A stretch of 64,000 nt of DNA from Camelus ferus (Eukaryota), in NCBI RefSeq assembly GCF_009834535.1, contig NC_045697.1, forward strand, positions 67,396,001 through 67,460,000, read 5' to 3'. Position numbers and translations under genes: made by a program. This document shows positions 52,837-64,000 of this stretch, in pieces. Numbering within the stretch: position 1 is the stretch's first letter; the number at the start of each line of letters is the position of its first letter. The notes beneath the pieces were generated by a model. The model did no database searches, was not told where the DNA came from, and saw nothing but the letters and a program-made list of their open reading frames with translations.

Positions 52837-54059
52837 AAAGGTTAAAGCCTTTTCTTTATAGCAGCTGCTTCTACAAATAAAAGTTTAGATACTTTTTAAG
52901 AACTCTAACAGAAAACTAAAATCTTAGAGGCCCGTGAGTACATGAACATATGAACACATATGTGGAGGCGTAATCGCTATACCTTCCGTCAGACAGGTTA
53001 AACATGTGAGATAACCTCAACGTCTACATTCAGAAAGCAGAGAAAAACATTGATTTGTTTATAAGTCAGTGATATTACTAGCTAATGTGTTTTGGTTATG
53101 CAGCTTCAGTAGAGGTACCTTGATTGAATCCCTTCCATTAAAAACAAAATAATTCACACGATAGTCAAATAATCACATTCTTTGAATGACAAAGGGTTCT
53201 TCTATTTTTTATTTTGACATACTTATATTTCCACAAATTTGCAAGTGGAAGATAAGCTGCCCAAAGCTATTTTCTCTAGATAATACACAGAAACCATTTA
53301 AAAAGTTTATTTATATAATGGATTCTTTTAACACCAGTAAAAACTAAGATACAAATAATTGATTAGAAATGTAACCATCACTAAACCAAGATGCACAAAT
53401 ATGTCATTTCAGGAAAAATTGCAGTCTTACTAGTAGAAGAAAAAGTACATTTATCACAATATACATTATCAAATTCCATTAAAGTAAAGATTTTTGAATG
53501 TTTTCTATGTTAAAAATATCTAGGCATTTGTGTTTACTTTCAGAAACTACAAACATGTCACTGATTGCACACAATTCTGTAACGGTGCAAAAAAAAAGTA
53601 CAAAAAAGCCTGTTTTCAGTTAGGTTAAGCAATAAATTAACAATAGCAATTATCAAGATGTAAATCAGAGAGGTGTAGAAATCCAACAGTTGGATTCTAT
53701 TTCCTGTCTGAAGTGCAATGCCACTTAGTCTATTTTATCCACATACTAGAAGACGTAACAAACCATGATGGTCATAATAAGAATTAAACTGTTGCAACAA
53801 GGCTGGAATATCTTGAGAGAAAGAAGAGTTTCTAATATCTTAATCTTTATGATAGTCTATAAAGGTAAAGGATGTGTGCTTATTTGTGAAATGAGATGAG
53901 AAACAATGGAGGTTAAGTATATAAAGGAAATACTTAGATCTCTAGAATTATGTTTATTTTTAAAAAGTGGTATGTCTACCAATCTAGCATACAAAAAACA
54001 GAGCAGATGTTAGTGAAATTTAATCTGATAATTTGTGAGAAAGAGCTAGTTTAAAAACA

Positions 54060-54340
54060 TGGAAATGTAAATTATATACCATAAAATCCGTCGTTTTAAA
54101 AGTGTACATTTCAGTGGTTTTGTAAGTTCACAGAATTTGCAACCATTACCGCTATCTAATTCCAGAACATTTTCATGACCCCAAAGAGAAAACCCACACC
54201 CATTATCAGTCACTCCTGTTTCTCTTCATCCTCTGGAAAGTACAAATCTACACTTTCTAGATTTCTCTATTCTGGACATTTTATGTAAATCATACAATAT
54301 GTGCTTTATTGTGTCTGTCTTCTTTTACTTAGCATGTTTT
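54060..54340 (-). mobile_element. L1MB-type 3' end
   Basis: ttttaaaagtgtacatttcagtggttt...tgcaaccattacc...ctaattccagaacattttcat...ctattctggacatttt...atcatacaatatgtg. Confidence 0.8.
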
Positions 54341-54359
54341 CGTTTTGCTGTAGTTCTAT

Positions 54360-54845
54360 ATCAGTTCTGTAATCCTGTCATTGAAAAGTGGGATCTGTTT
54401 TCCTTCCCTTTGGATCTGGCAAGTTATTGCACCAATAGCAGCAGAAATGATGCTGTACAGTGTCAGGCCAAGTTATAAGAAACAGGCAGGTTTTGCTTCA
54501 TGTCTCTTGGAACATTCTCTGGGAGTTGTGATTCTCTATTTAAGAAGTTCAAATACACTGAGAGACTCCTGCTAGGGAGTGTATGGGCAGGCATTCTGGG
54601 CACCAGTCCCATCTCAGCTCAGTATTCAGCCAGACCTACAAAGATGACAGATATGTGAGTGAAGACCATCTTGGATCCTCCAGATAGTCCTTTGTCAGCT
54701 GAAAGCCAACAGAGTCTTGAGGAACAGTGTGATCACTAGCTAGACTCCACCTAGATTCTTAATGAACAAAAGCACAAGAAAAACAAAATGGTTGCTTTTA
54801 AGAGTCTAATTGTTGAGATGCTTTGTTACATAGCAACAGAGTCAG
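54360..54845 (+). mobile_element. MLT1-type solo LTR
   Basis: tccttccctttggatctgg...gcagaaatgatgctgt...agatatgtgagtgaaga...aaaatggttgctttta...tttgttacatagcaacaga. Confidence 0.7.
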
Positions 54846-55659
54846 CAGAAATGAGAATTATATTGATTAGTCCAAGCCAGGGGTGTCAGGAAAACAGGTG
54901 AGTATTAGTAAACCAAGTCAGAATGAGAAAGCCCATAGGATATATCAGTGCAGAGGTTCGTAATTCAGACATAATAAAGGGGAAAAGATGAGTCTCCAAT
55001 AGAAATAAAAAAGCCTAGGAACAAAATTACAACTGTTCAGCCTATATTTTTCCACTGGTTTTCAGGCTGAACTAAAGGCTGGTTTTCAGATGAACTAAAA
55101 TAACCTGTAACACTGGGTTTTGAGGATTTTGGAGTAAAATATTGTCAACCGTTGGTCAGGAAACACTAAAGTGAAATTGTACTTGTCAAGAGTCCAGAAG
55201 GAAGTTTTCTGTTGATTGGTGAGTATTAGGCCTTCATGAGTCAAAGCCAGCACTTGAAATGCCAAGTTAATATGTTAGCCAGTGGTCATGAGTTTACAAC
55301 TATTGGTGACTAGTCTACCCAAGTAGTGAAGAGGAGTTCAGGTGGCTAAGGGCTCAAGATGAACAGAATTTGAAAAGAAAACCTGGGGTTAAATCAGTAA
55401 CTGAGTCAAATTGGTAGGTATAAGCAAGGAGAAGATGAAACTAGAGGTCGGGATAATGAGGTGGAAATATGTAACAAAAAGTTGCAAGGGAACTAGAGGT
55501 AGTTGCTTGGCATGTCGGTGACTTTGTGTATCATGGAAGTCAGTATCTATTGGATGAATAGAATCAGTAGCATCTCAAGTAATGATGGGCCCTTTGAAAC
55601 CTAATGCGCTCTGGCCAGTATCACTTGAAAGCAACCCTGCCTTTATGTAACATGAAAGT

Positions 55660-55865
55660 AAAGTCTGGACTTCAGTGTCATTTACATCAGGGTTCAAATC
55701 GTGACACTATCTCCTATGAAAAATGGTACCTTGAGAAAGAGACTTAACTCTCTGTATCTAGGCTTCATCTGTGATAAGGTTGACGCTTATGACTGTTGTA
55801 AAAGTTAAAGAAGTAAAGTAACATCTAACTTAGTTTCAGGTACACCCAGATGATCAATAAATGGA
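55660..55865 (+). mobile_element. MIR SINE
   Basis: gggttcaaatc...accttgagaaagagacttaactctctgtatct...catctgtgataa. Confidence 0.6.
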
Positions 55866-56950
55866 AATTTCTGGCCCATATGAAAAGAGAGCTGTTCAGT
55901 GAAAAAAAAAAAAGAGACAAAAATTTGAAGAGTCTACCTCATCTGAAAGAAATTTTAAAAATCTTCAATTTTGTATAGGTAGCTAGGTGTAAAGATTACT
56001 GTGGTCAGAAGAAAATGAGATCTGCACGTGGAATATATTTTTGAAATTTCAGCCGTCCTTTGTTTTCTCATGAAGCTCTGACTTTTGGCTTAAGTAATTC
56101 TCCTTCAGCCAGCGTTATATGTAGAAAATAGTAATGAAAGGCCAACGAGTTTGGAGAATAAGACCATACAGGAGTAATGGAACTCCCCAGTCTGCACCCA
56201 AACTTTCTTCAGAATTGGGGTCTATTGATCTATTAACTATAGTAAAGCATGTAGATAATGTGTAGATAGTACTTTGGTGGAATCAAGGGTGGGGAATACA
56301 AATTTTGCCATTCTATTATAGTATAGATGACTACAGATAAATCTAATATTAGTGATTCCTTTAAAATTAGCCCCACTCTTCCTATTGTAGATCCCTTTTA
56401 AGGAATGCTTCCAAATATTAATAAAAACAATGATCTGATCAGGCTCCAAACAAAATCCAACCAAAAGTTTTCATCCAATCAGTATTATAATTTTTTTCTC
56501 TTTGACTTAATTTATGTCTGTTTGATCCATGAGGCTGATGTATTTAGCAGAAAGCAAAGATGAGAGATCTCTGTGCTGGAATTTGAGAGAGAAATTTTCT
56601 GCTGAGGTTTATGCACAGAATAGAACCCAATCAAATTAGGAAACAGTGAAGAACAACAGAGTTCATACAGTACTTGCCTTTTGACAGGCCAATAAATACT
56701 CAAACTGAGTAATTTACCAAAAGAAAAAGAACCCACTCAAACCTCATGACCTTTTGAACAATGAACAGGAGTTCAATTATCCACAAATGTTCTATTAGAA
56801 GGCAGCTTTCCAGGCTGCAGTGTTATTTCAGCAGTCATACATTAGAATTATTAAAGAGGGAGAACATTGCCTATGTAGTTTCTGTGTCCTGATAAAGTTT
56901 ATGTTACCTTCTTTTTAAAAGCCTACTGCCACATGAAGTAGCACTTTGCC

Positions 56951-56952
56951 AA

Positions 56953-56989
<37 letters not shown>

Positions 56990-56996
56990 GAAAAAA
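56951..56996. repeat. Poly(A) plus (GAAAA)n tract
   Basis: Directly visible. Confidence 0.9.
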
Positions 56997-57704
56997 GTAA
57001 GAGGAAGCAATTATTTCAATTATTTTAATAATGTTTCTGGTGAGTTTGAGCTATTACATTTCACTGGAACATTTTATCTGCACATTGCTGGAGTGATACT
57101 GTCACTTTAGAAAGTATATAATTTGCTTCCATTAGAGACTCACAGTAACTTGCCAGCAGTGCCCAGAGAATTTCTCCATTACCATCCATGTGCACTCTAA
57201 TGCTGCAGAGTGAGCAGCTCATTACTTCTTTGGGGGTATATTTGGGTTCCAAGAACTGGGGAACTTTTTCCTTCACTGGTATCTTGTAAAGTCTTTCAGT
57301 TTCCCTTAAACAAAAGGCTGTAGAAATCATGTGAAATAGCACATAATTTGGAACCAAAGCACCAGAGTTTACTACCAGTATGAAAGCACATTATGAACTC
57401 TGTCAGTTCCTGTGGAGGTGACACTTCTTAAAATTTAAATTTACCTTCAAAAAATTCTTTGTCAGTCTCATATTATCTTTTGATACTCTTCTTAACCCTT
57501 TATGAATTTTCCTATATCTGTCTGAATTATTGAGATTTGAACCCAGGGCTCTACCCCCCAAAAACAAAACCTCCAAAAAACAAAAAAGCAGATTCTGACA
57601 GATTTTAAAATAGTAGAAACACAGTTTCACTATTTTGACCTTGAATAATTCCTTATTTATTCACTGAATTGGGCTAACGGAGGAAAAAGAGCTGAATTCT
57701 TATA

Positions 57705-57925
57705 GAGAGAGCATAGTTAACTCTCAAACATATCTGAGGTCAGACCCAGCTGAAGCTGATTCCTGTCCTTTCTGGCTGTGTGATCTTGGGTGAGTTAAGT
57801 TCCTTCCTCAGTCACTCTTGACTACTATGGAGAAAAATCACACTTGCCCTGTAGTGCTGTTGTGAGGAGTGGAAATAACATCGTAAAGTCTTTAATGGGT
57901 GCCACATATTAAGTGCTCCGAACAG
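57705..57925 (+). mobile_element. MIR SINE
   Basis: ggctgtgtgatcttgggtgagtta...gttgtgagga...taagtgctc. Confidence 0.6.
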
Positions 57926-60900
57926 TACTTTTCATTTTTGTCTTCTTTTCCTTCATCTCCTGTCCTATGTTAAAGGCTTGATTTTTCTCACATACTTTTA
58001 CCAAAAAAAAAAAAAAAAAAAATTCCATTTGTCTCTTAACCTTCCACACATGTCATTTGGATTTTGAATCTGTCATTCTATAAGCTTGGCTATGATTTTT
58101 ATTCAGTGATTCCAGAATCTCACTAAGCATTGTTCTTACTGCCTTATAAAGGTCATCAGTGGGAATTTTAAATGCCACCTGGTCTCTCAATTGAGTTTAC
58201 TGCATACTTTGTGTAGGCATGTGTTGCTAAGAGAGTGGCTTGCCTATCCTTATCCCGTCTACATATTCACTTTGAACTGCCCCATTTTCTAATAACCTTA
58301 TCACATTCTATTTTGTCAAAGTATAGTATGAAGCATAGCACTTGTCATAAAGATTTTATTAGCATGAAACCTTTCAAATCTTTAAAATGCTATGAACTTT
58401 ACATATATTAGCTAATATAGAAAGAAATTTGCCTTATGTACAATAAGCTTTACATATGTGTAAATGTTTCCTCTGAGAATAAATTTGCTCTTTTTATTCC
58501 TTAATAAAGACTTTATTTTCATGTTTATCAAAAATGTTAAGGAGCAGGTGGCAACATTCTGTCAAGTTAAAGGAGTAGCAGTGCAAACACTCTATTTATT
58601 AACATTATTCACAGTTTCTCTCCTAAACAGCATTAAACTACTTACTATTCACCATAAGGGTATAAAACATGCACTGGAGCTTCAAATCAATGACACGTTG
58701 CCCTCTTTCCAATGCTTCTCTTTGGCAAAGAGAAGGAGCTGCTCCTCAAACTCAGCATGCCATTTTTTAATTCACACTTAAATTTCCACTTGAGGAGGCA
58801 AGCCAAAACAAACTGGTCTTCCCTGAGATGCACCCTGGGAATAAGTGCCCTCCCAACTTTAATAATGATCTGAGAAGAGTCTTTCTTCCGCTCCCCCTTT
58901 CCATCTGAATAGGAGTTGCCTATTAGGGCCCAGTTGTTTTCTACTCTTCTATTTGCATAATTCGCAGATGTCAACCTGCTGACTCTATTCTGTCCCATAG
59001 AATTATAGTCTGTGTTTGTGAAGTAAACTGTCATCTCTTTGGAGCAATAATTAGGGAAATACTACATAAAAGTTGGAGATGAAATGACTATCAGCATTTA
59101 GATAGATTGATAAGAGATAGATAAAACATTTTTTAGTTAATCATATTTTGATTCAAGACTGCTCTTTTGGAAATTAACCTTTGTGCGTGATTGCAAAATA
59201 GTATATGTATTTAAGACTGCTATACTTAAAAAATAGAATGGCTTGAGGATATGTATACATCTGTCATTGTCACCTCATTCATTATATACTATCTTTAAAA
59301 ACATTTAAAAAATATTTACTGTAAAAGGAAATATATCATTAGTTATTGGAACTTGGTAATAGAAATGAGACATTATGGTTTTATATCCACCCACAATAGT
59401 TTTTCAATGCTTACATGGATATTTAGGTAAAATTTTTCCTTCCCCATTCAACATTCTGTGCAATTCAGCCTAATTCTTCAAATATCAACTGTTTTTAGTA
59501 TCACTAATTGTTTTGACATTTTCTTTACCTCAGTTTTTAAGAAAGTATTTTTCAGAAGAAAATGATACACAAAGACAATGGTACTACAAGTAAAAGAAAC
59601 ATTTACATGTTTGAATCACGTAGGATTTCAAAGATGATCAAATAAAATTATGTTGTATAGATAGAGTAGAATAGGAAAACACTTCTGGTCAGGATATTCA
59701 TCTACAATAGTATTTTAAGAAGCAGAATTTTGGGCTTCAACACATGCAGTGAAGAATTTAATTCACAAATATGTTGCTCAAGTGGATCTTTCTGGAGTTT
59801 AATTACATTTAGAGTTTTCTCTGCTCTTCCAATTTGGTCTTTATTTGCTATAGATTGGTTCACTCAATGGTTAATGGTTAATTTTGCAACATTGAAGTGT
59901 AGGTAAAATTCACTGCATTTAAAAATCTTTTTCTGACAATTTTGGATGATGATGCTTGGAAGTGTAAGTTGACATTAACAACCATATGTCACAGCATAGT
60001 TTTATAAATACGGTTAAATAATAGTTAACATAAATTCTTAATGTAAAACCAGTTTCTTTGGCCAGGATTCAGCAGCCCGTTAATTCATTTTTTAAAATAA
60101 GTTGTTTTTTAATGTATAGAAAATTTGAATTGAATTGCTATGTAAAAAAATGGGATCTCTGATGTTAAACATGTATGATCACTGTTATGGTTTCCATTCT
60201 TCTTGAGGGTGGGGAATATATGCAAGATACAAGCTAATCACAATGTTGCATTATCTTTCCATTTTATATCTATGTTAATCTTTTATATGTGCAAATAATA
60301 CAGAAGTTGTGGCCAATACCACTCTCTTATGACTGCAGAGTATTAAAATATCTGTGCCTCACCAAGAAAATTCTCATGGTTTTCACCTGTGATTGACTAG
60401 TTGTGATTTCTGTGACCTTTTAGGTCTTGAACTAAACATTTCTAAGGTGTCCTGTAAGATGCATAGTATTCAAACCAGGGTACCTCACTTATTTGTAGAA
60501 AGAAATGAGGAAAGTGAAATACTTCCTAGTGGCCACATGGTTAAAAAAATGCAGTGGGTTTGACTATATGTAATTATTGCTTTCCTCATTTTAACTACAA
60601 ATGAACCAAAGTTAATTATAATAAATGTTATATGAGAATCAAATATGGTAAACTTGCTCATTATCTTCAGCACAGAACACATGGCAAGTGCTCCATAAAT
60701 AAAGAGTAAATAAAGAAAATATGTAGTTCTACTAAAAGAGGGAGAAAATTTGAATATGTAGGTTAGAAAAGGAGAAGATGAAAAGTGACTCTTAAGGAAA
60801 ACTGGTTTTCTCCATCTGGCCTTTCCTAAAGAGTTCCAAAGAGGAGCTGAGAATAGATCTTTTTCCTTCCTTTACTGGTAAAGATGCATATTTTTCAAAC

Positions 60901-61139
60901 ATGAAAGAATCAAAGAAAAGTGTGTCTAAGACTATTTTATTTTAACCATCATTATAATAGTACCAGAGACAACTTGGCAAGCCATATGCTAGAAAATCAA
61001 TAATGGAAAGTCATATTGCCTTTTTAGACAAAAATTTTGAATGTTCCCTCCAACTCAGTAATTATCATTGGTACTAACGTTGATGTTATCAATTTAAATT
61101 AAATCTTCCATTCTGATATGAATAAATTATTGAATAAAC

Positions 61140-61880
61140 AAACAAAAATAATAGGCAAATTTTCCATGAAGAAAAATTCCAAGTAATTTCTGTAGATACT
61201 TTCCCCTCAAGTAGGTAGATCATAACTTACAACTCCTTAAAATGTAGGCTGTGCATAGTGACTTCCTCCCAAAGAGTATAGAATTAAATAAAATAAGGAA
61301 GCACAGTAACTTTACAATGGAGAAACCTGACAAACACTACTGAGTCAGGTGATCAAGGTCAGTAACAGCAATGATAAATCATGTTGATGGTACATACCCT
61401 TCATATAATATGATGGAAATGGCACTTTAACTCTGTGGCCTTCTTCCCAAAACTTGTAACCCTAGTCTAATCATGAGAAAAACATCAAATCCCTGTTGTC
61501 ATCCAAAACAAAGAATGTCTGAGAAACTGCTAAGAGGTGAACACAGAGAGGGATGAATAGTGATATGGTATCCCGGATGGGATCCTGGAACAGAGAAATG
61601 ACATTAGATAACAAATAAGGAAATCCGAATAAAGTATAAACATGATTTAATAATATTTCATCAATGTTTAATCAATGTTTCAATAGTGATTCATTAATTG
61701 TGATCATACTGATGTAAGATATTAACAATACATACTAGCAGATCAATATTGATTCATTAAATGCAAGATGTTAACAATGGGGGAAATTGGGTGTGAGGTA
61801 TATAGGAACTCTATACTATATTCAGAATTTTTCTGCAACTCTTAAGACTATTCTAAACTATGAAGTATGTTAAAAATTAC
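61140..61880 (+). mobile_element. L1MC-type 3'UTR
   Basis: gtgcatagtgacttcctcccaaagagta, gagaaacctgacaaacactac, ctagtctaatcatgagaaaaacatca, ggatgggatcctggaacag, ggaaattgggtgtgaggtatataggaactct. Confidence 0.8.
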
Positions 61881-63864
61881 CCAAAGAATTCCAGAATAAT
61901 TTAAAAAATAAATTGATTTCTACTTTTAAAAATAGACTTTCTCATAGAACTTAAAATCCAAAAATGTATTTAATTAATTTGCTCCTAAATATTTATGTAT
62001 GATGCTGTGTATTACAGTTTTGGAGGTTTTAAGTTAGAGGAAAAATCATCAGATTTGTAAGGCCTGTAGGTGAGGACAATTTTGCTAAATTGGATATGTA
62101 ATTTTTATAAGAATTTTATATTGATAACATACAGTATGAAACTTTTTAAAGTAACTATCAGGAGACATTTTGAAAATACTCTTAGTGGAAATGGAAATGA
62201 AACTAACATTTAAAAAATACTGACTAAGAGTTTAAAAAAATGAGTAGCATGTATATTGACATGCAATTTATCAATGATCAGATCATGAATATAGTAGAAC
62301 ATTAACCACTGCAACATTAGAAAAAAGTGAAACAAATAATTATAGGTAATTAACCAAATATTCTGCAAAAGCATGTTCCATTTCTATGTGAAAAGTAAAA
62401 TTCAAGTTCTAGGTCCTGGGTCAAAATGGGTGTCTTTGGGTTATTTCTTTTTGTGCACACCTCTTGAAAAAGAAAATCTGCATTGCAGCATCTTATTTCC
62501 AGTCATGATCTGGGATGAGAGCAGAGTGGCCTGACATTTACAATACTTCAGTGGCAATTACAGCACAGTTAATATATCAATTTAATTAAATTCCTATACT
62601 GATTCATGACATAAAACATCAAAATAAGTTAACTTGCACAGAAACAGACAAAAGATCAATGCAGTGGATAGTTATATAATGAATTAAAGTATTACTGCCA
62701 TCTACTTAAGCATACGTAGGTTTTCTGGGTTTTTGTTTTTTGGTTTTGTTTTTGGTTGTTTTGTAAAGGAATCTCTTAGAAAGATATCATTAGGGAAGTT
62801 AGAAAAGACAGATCCCAGAAAATTCCAAAGATTCCTACAATTAGCCTTAAAAAAAATCCAAATTATTTTTTACCTTACTTTTAAGTAAGAATCAAAGAAC
62901 TATGCTTTCATTAAAAAAAAATGGAATTCTTTCTTATAGTTTCCTAAGTAAAATGTGAATTTTGTATTTTAAAATGTGATTTGCTGCTAATTTCAGCAGG
63001 GTTTTTAGATAGACTGTCACTGAAATCCTTATGACTTAATATAAAAGCTGTATGTCAAAGAAAGAACCCATGTGTTAAAGAGAGAAGAGAGAAATAGTGA
63101 AACTGGTGGGTGAGTAGATCAGGATGGTGGTGAAGGCTGAGTATAATCTGAGAACTAAATATGATCATGAAGTTCTACAGCAGTTTGGAAGGAAGGTAGA
63201 TGGTCTTCTTGCTAATAAAGGCAGTAGGATCTTCAGTAATTAAATAAAAAAAGAGAGGAAATATCATTCATTTAGTATTCCAGACTGATGAATTGTGTTT
63301 TATTGGTTACAATAAATGTGCTAAAGAATAATAATTGGTGCTTTTCTGTGTCAGTGCTTTATAAATAATCTTGTGATCTTGTAGTTTTTTCCTTGTGGCT
63401 CTAAGCATCTTTATCTGAAAAGAAGAATGAGTTCAATGAAATGTTTGCTAAGATATCTTCTAATTCAAACATTTTATAGTTCTATGGTGGAGAGATAATA
63501 CCTAGCTCATTTCCCTTGCTAGTAATCTTAGTTTAGATACTGGTGGAGTATTATCAACTTATAAATAACAAATATTTTGCTTCATTTAATCAAGTAAAAT
63601 AAGGTATTGTGTGTGTATGTGAATAGTGTATGAATTAGTTCTGAAATCTTCCTGTTAAAAAAAAAATAATGTTTTGTATGGACATGTGCTTTAGGAATAG
63701 GATTACCAAATATTCCAAGAAAATTTGAGTTGCCACTGTCATCTTCAGTGGTATTCTACTACCTTGAAAAACTCCAGTGGTAATGCTAATGGAAAATCAC
63801 TCACATTAGGAAAAGAGAACAGATAAGCAGATAAAATAGAGTCCTATTTATCTAACAATACTGC

Positions 63865-64000
63865 TGAGTCATTCTCAGTTAAAATTAGGTTCATTTATGA
63901 ATAACAGAAAATCTCAAATTATAGCTACTTACTCAAGATAGAAATTTGTCTCAATCTCACAGAAGGATTGATAGACTATGACTAATACAGTGGCTCTGTC
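63865..64000. mobile_element. MLT1-type LTR end (runs off the window)
   Basis: tcagttaaaattaggttc...taacagaaaatctcaaat...caagatagaaattt. Confidence 0.4.

Noticed and set aside
743..60682. Remaining 60-125 aa ORFs
   Set aside because: Many use TTG/GTG starts, are low-complexity or lie in repeats. None resembles a protein I recognise, and I saw no credible exon chain. Small spliced exons or lncRNAs cannot be excluded by eye.

Overview
AT-rich, repeat-laden mammalian genomic DNA with a gene-desert character. There is one convincing gene: an intact, intronless pyruvate dehydrogenase E1-alpha retrogene (PDHA2, the testis isoform) at 49886-51064 (+), preceded by the only CpG-island-like stretch in the window. 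The rest is transposon relics (L1, L2, MIR, MaLR/ERVL/ERV1 solo LTRs), microsatellites and unique non-coding DNA. A tRNA-Ala-derived SINE with an 'aaacc-attacctccccc' tail resembles the camelid vic-1 SINE, which suggests a camel/alpaca/llama genome (inference). I found no evidence of a previously undescribed multi-gene system. The most interesting observations cluster around PDHA2: a palindromic double MYB site and a CRE-like site in the promoter, an altered mitochondrial presequence cleavage motif, substitutions at otherwise conserved residues, and a solo LTR sitting right behind the poly(A) signal. Several insertions also have unusually clean or triplicated target-site duplications. Repeat family names and comparisons to human PDHA1/PDHA2 come from recollection, not from database searches, and repeat boundaries without a TSD are approximate.
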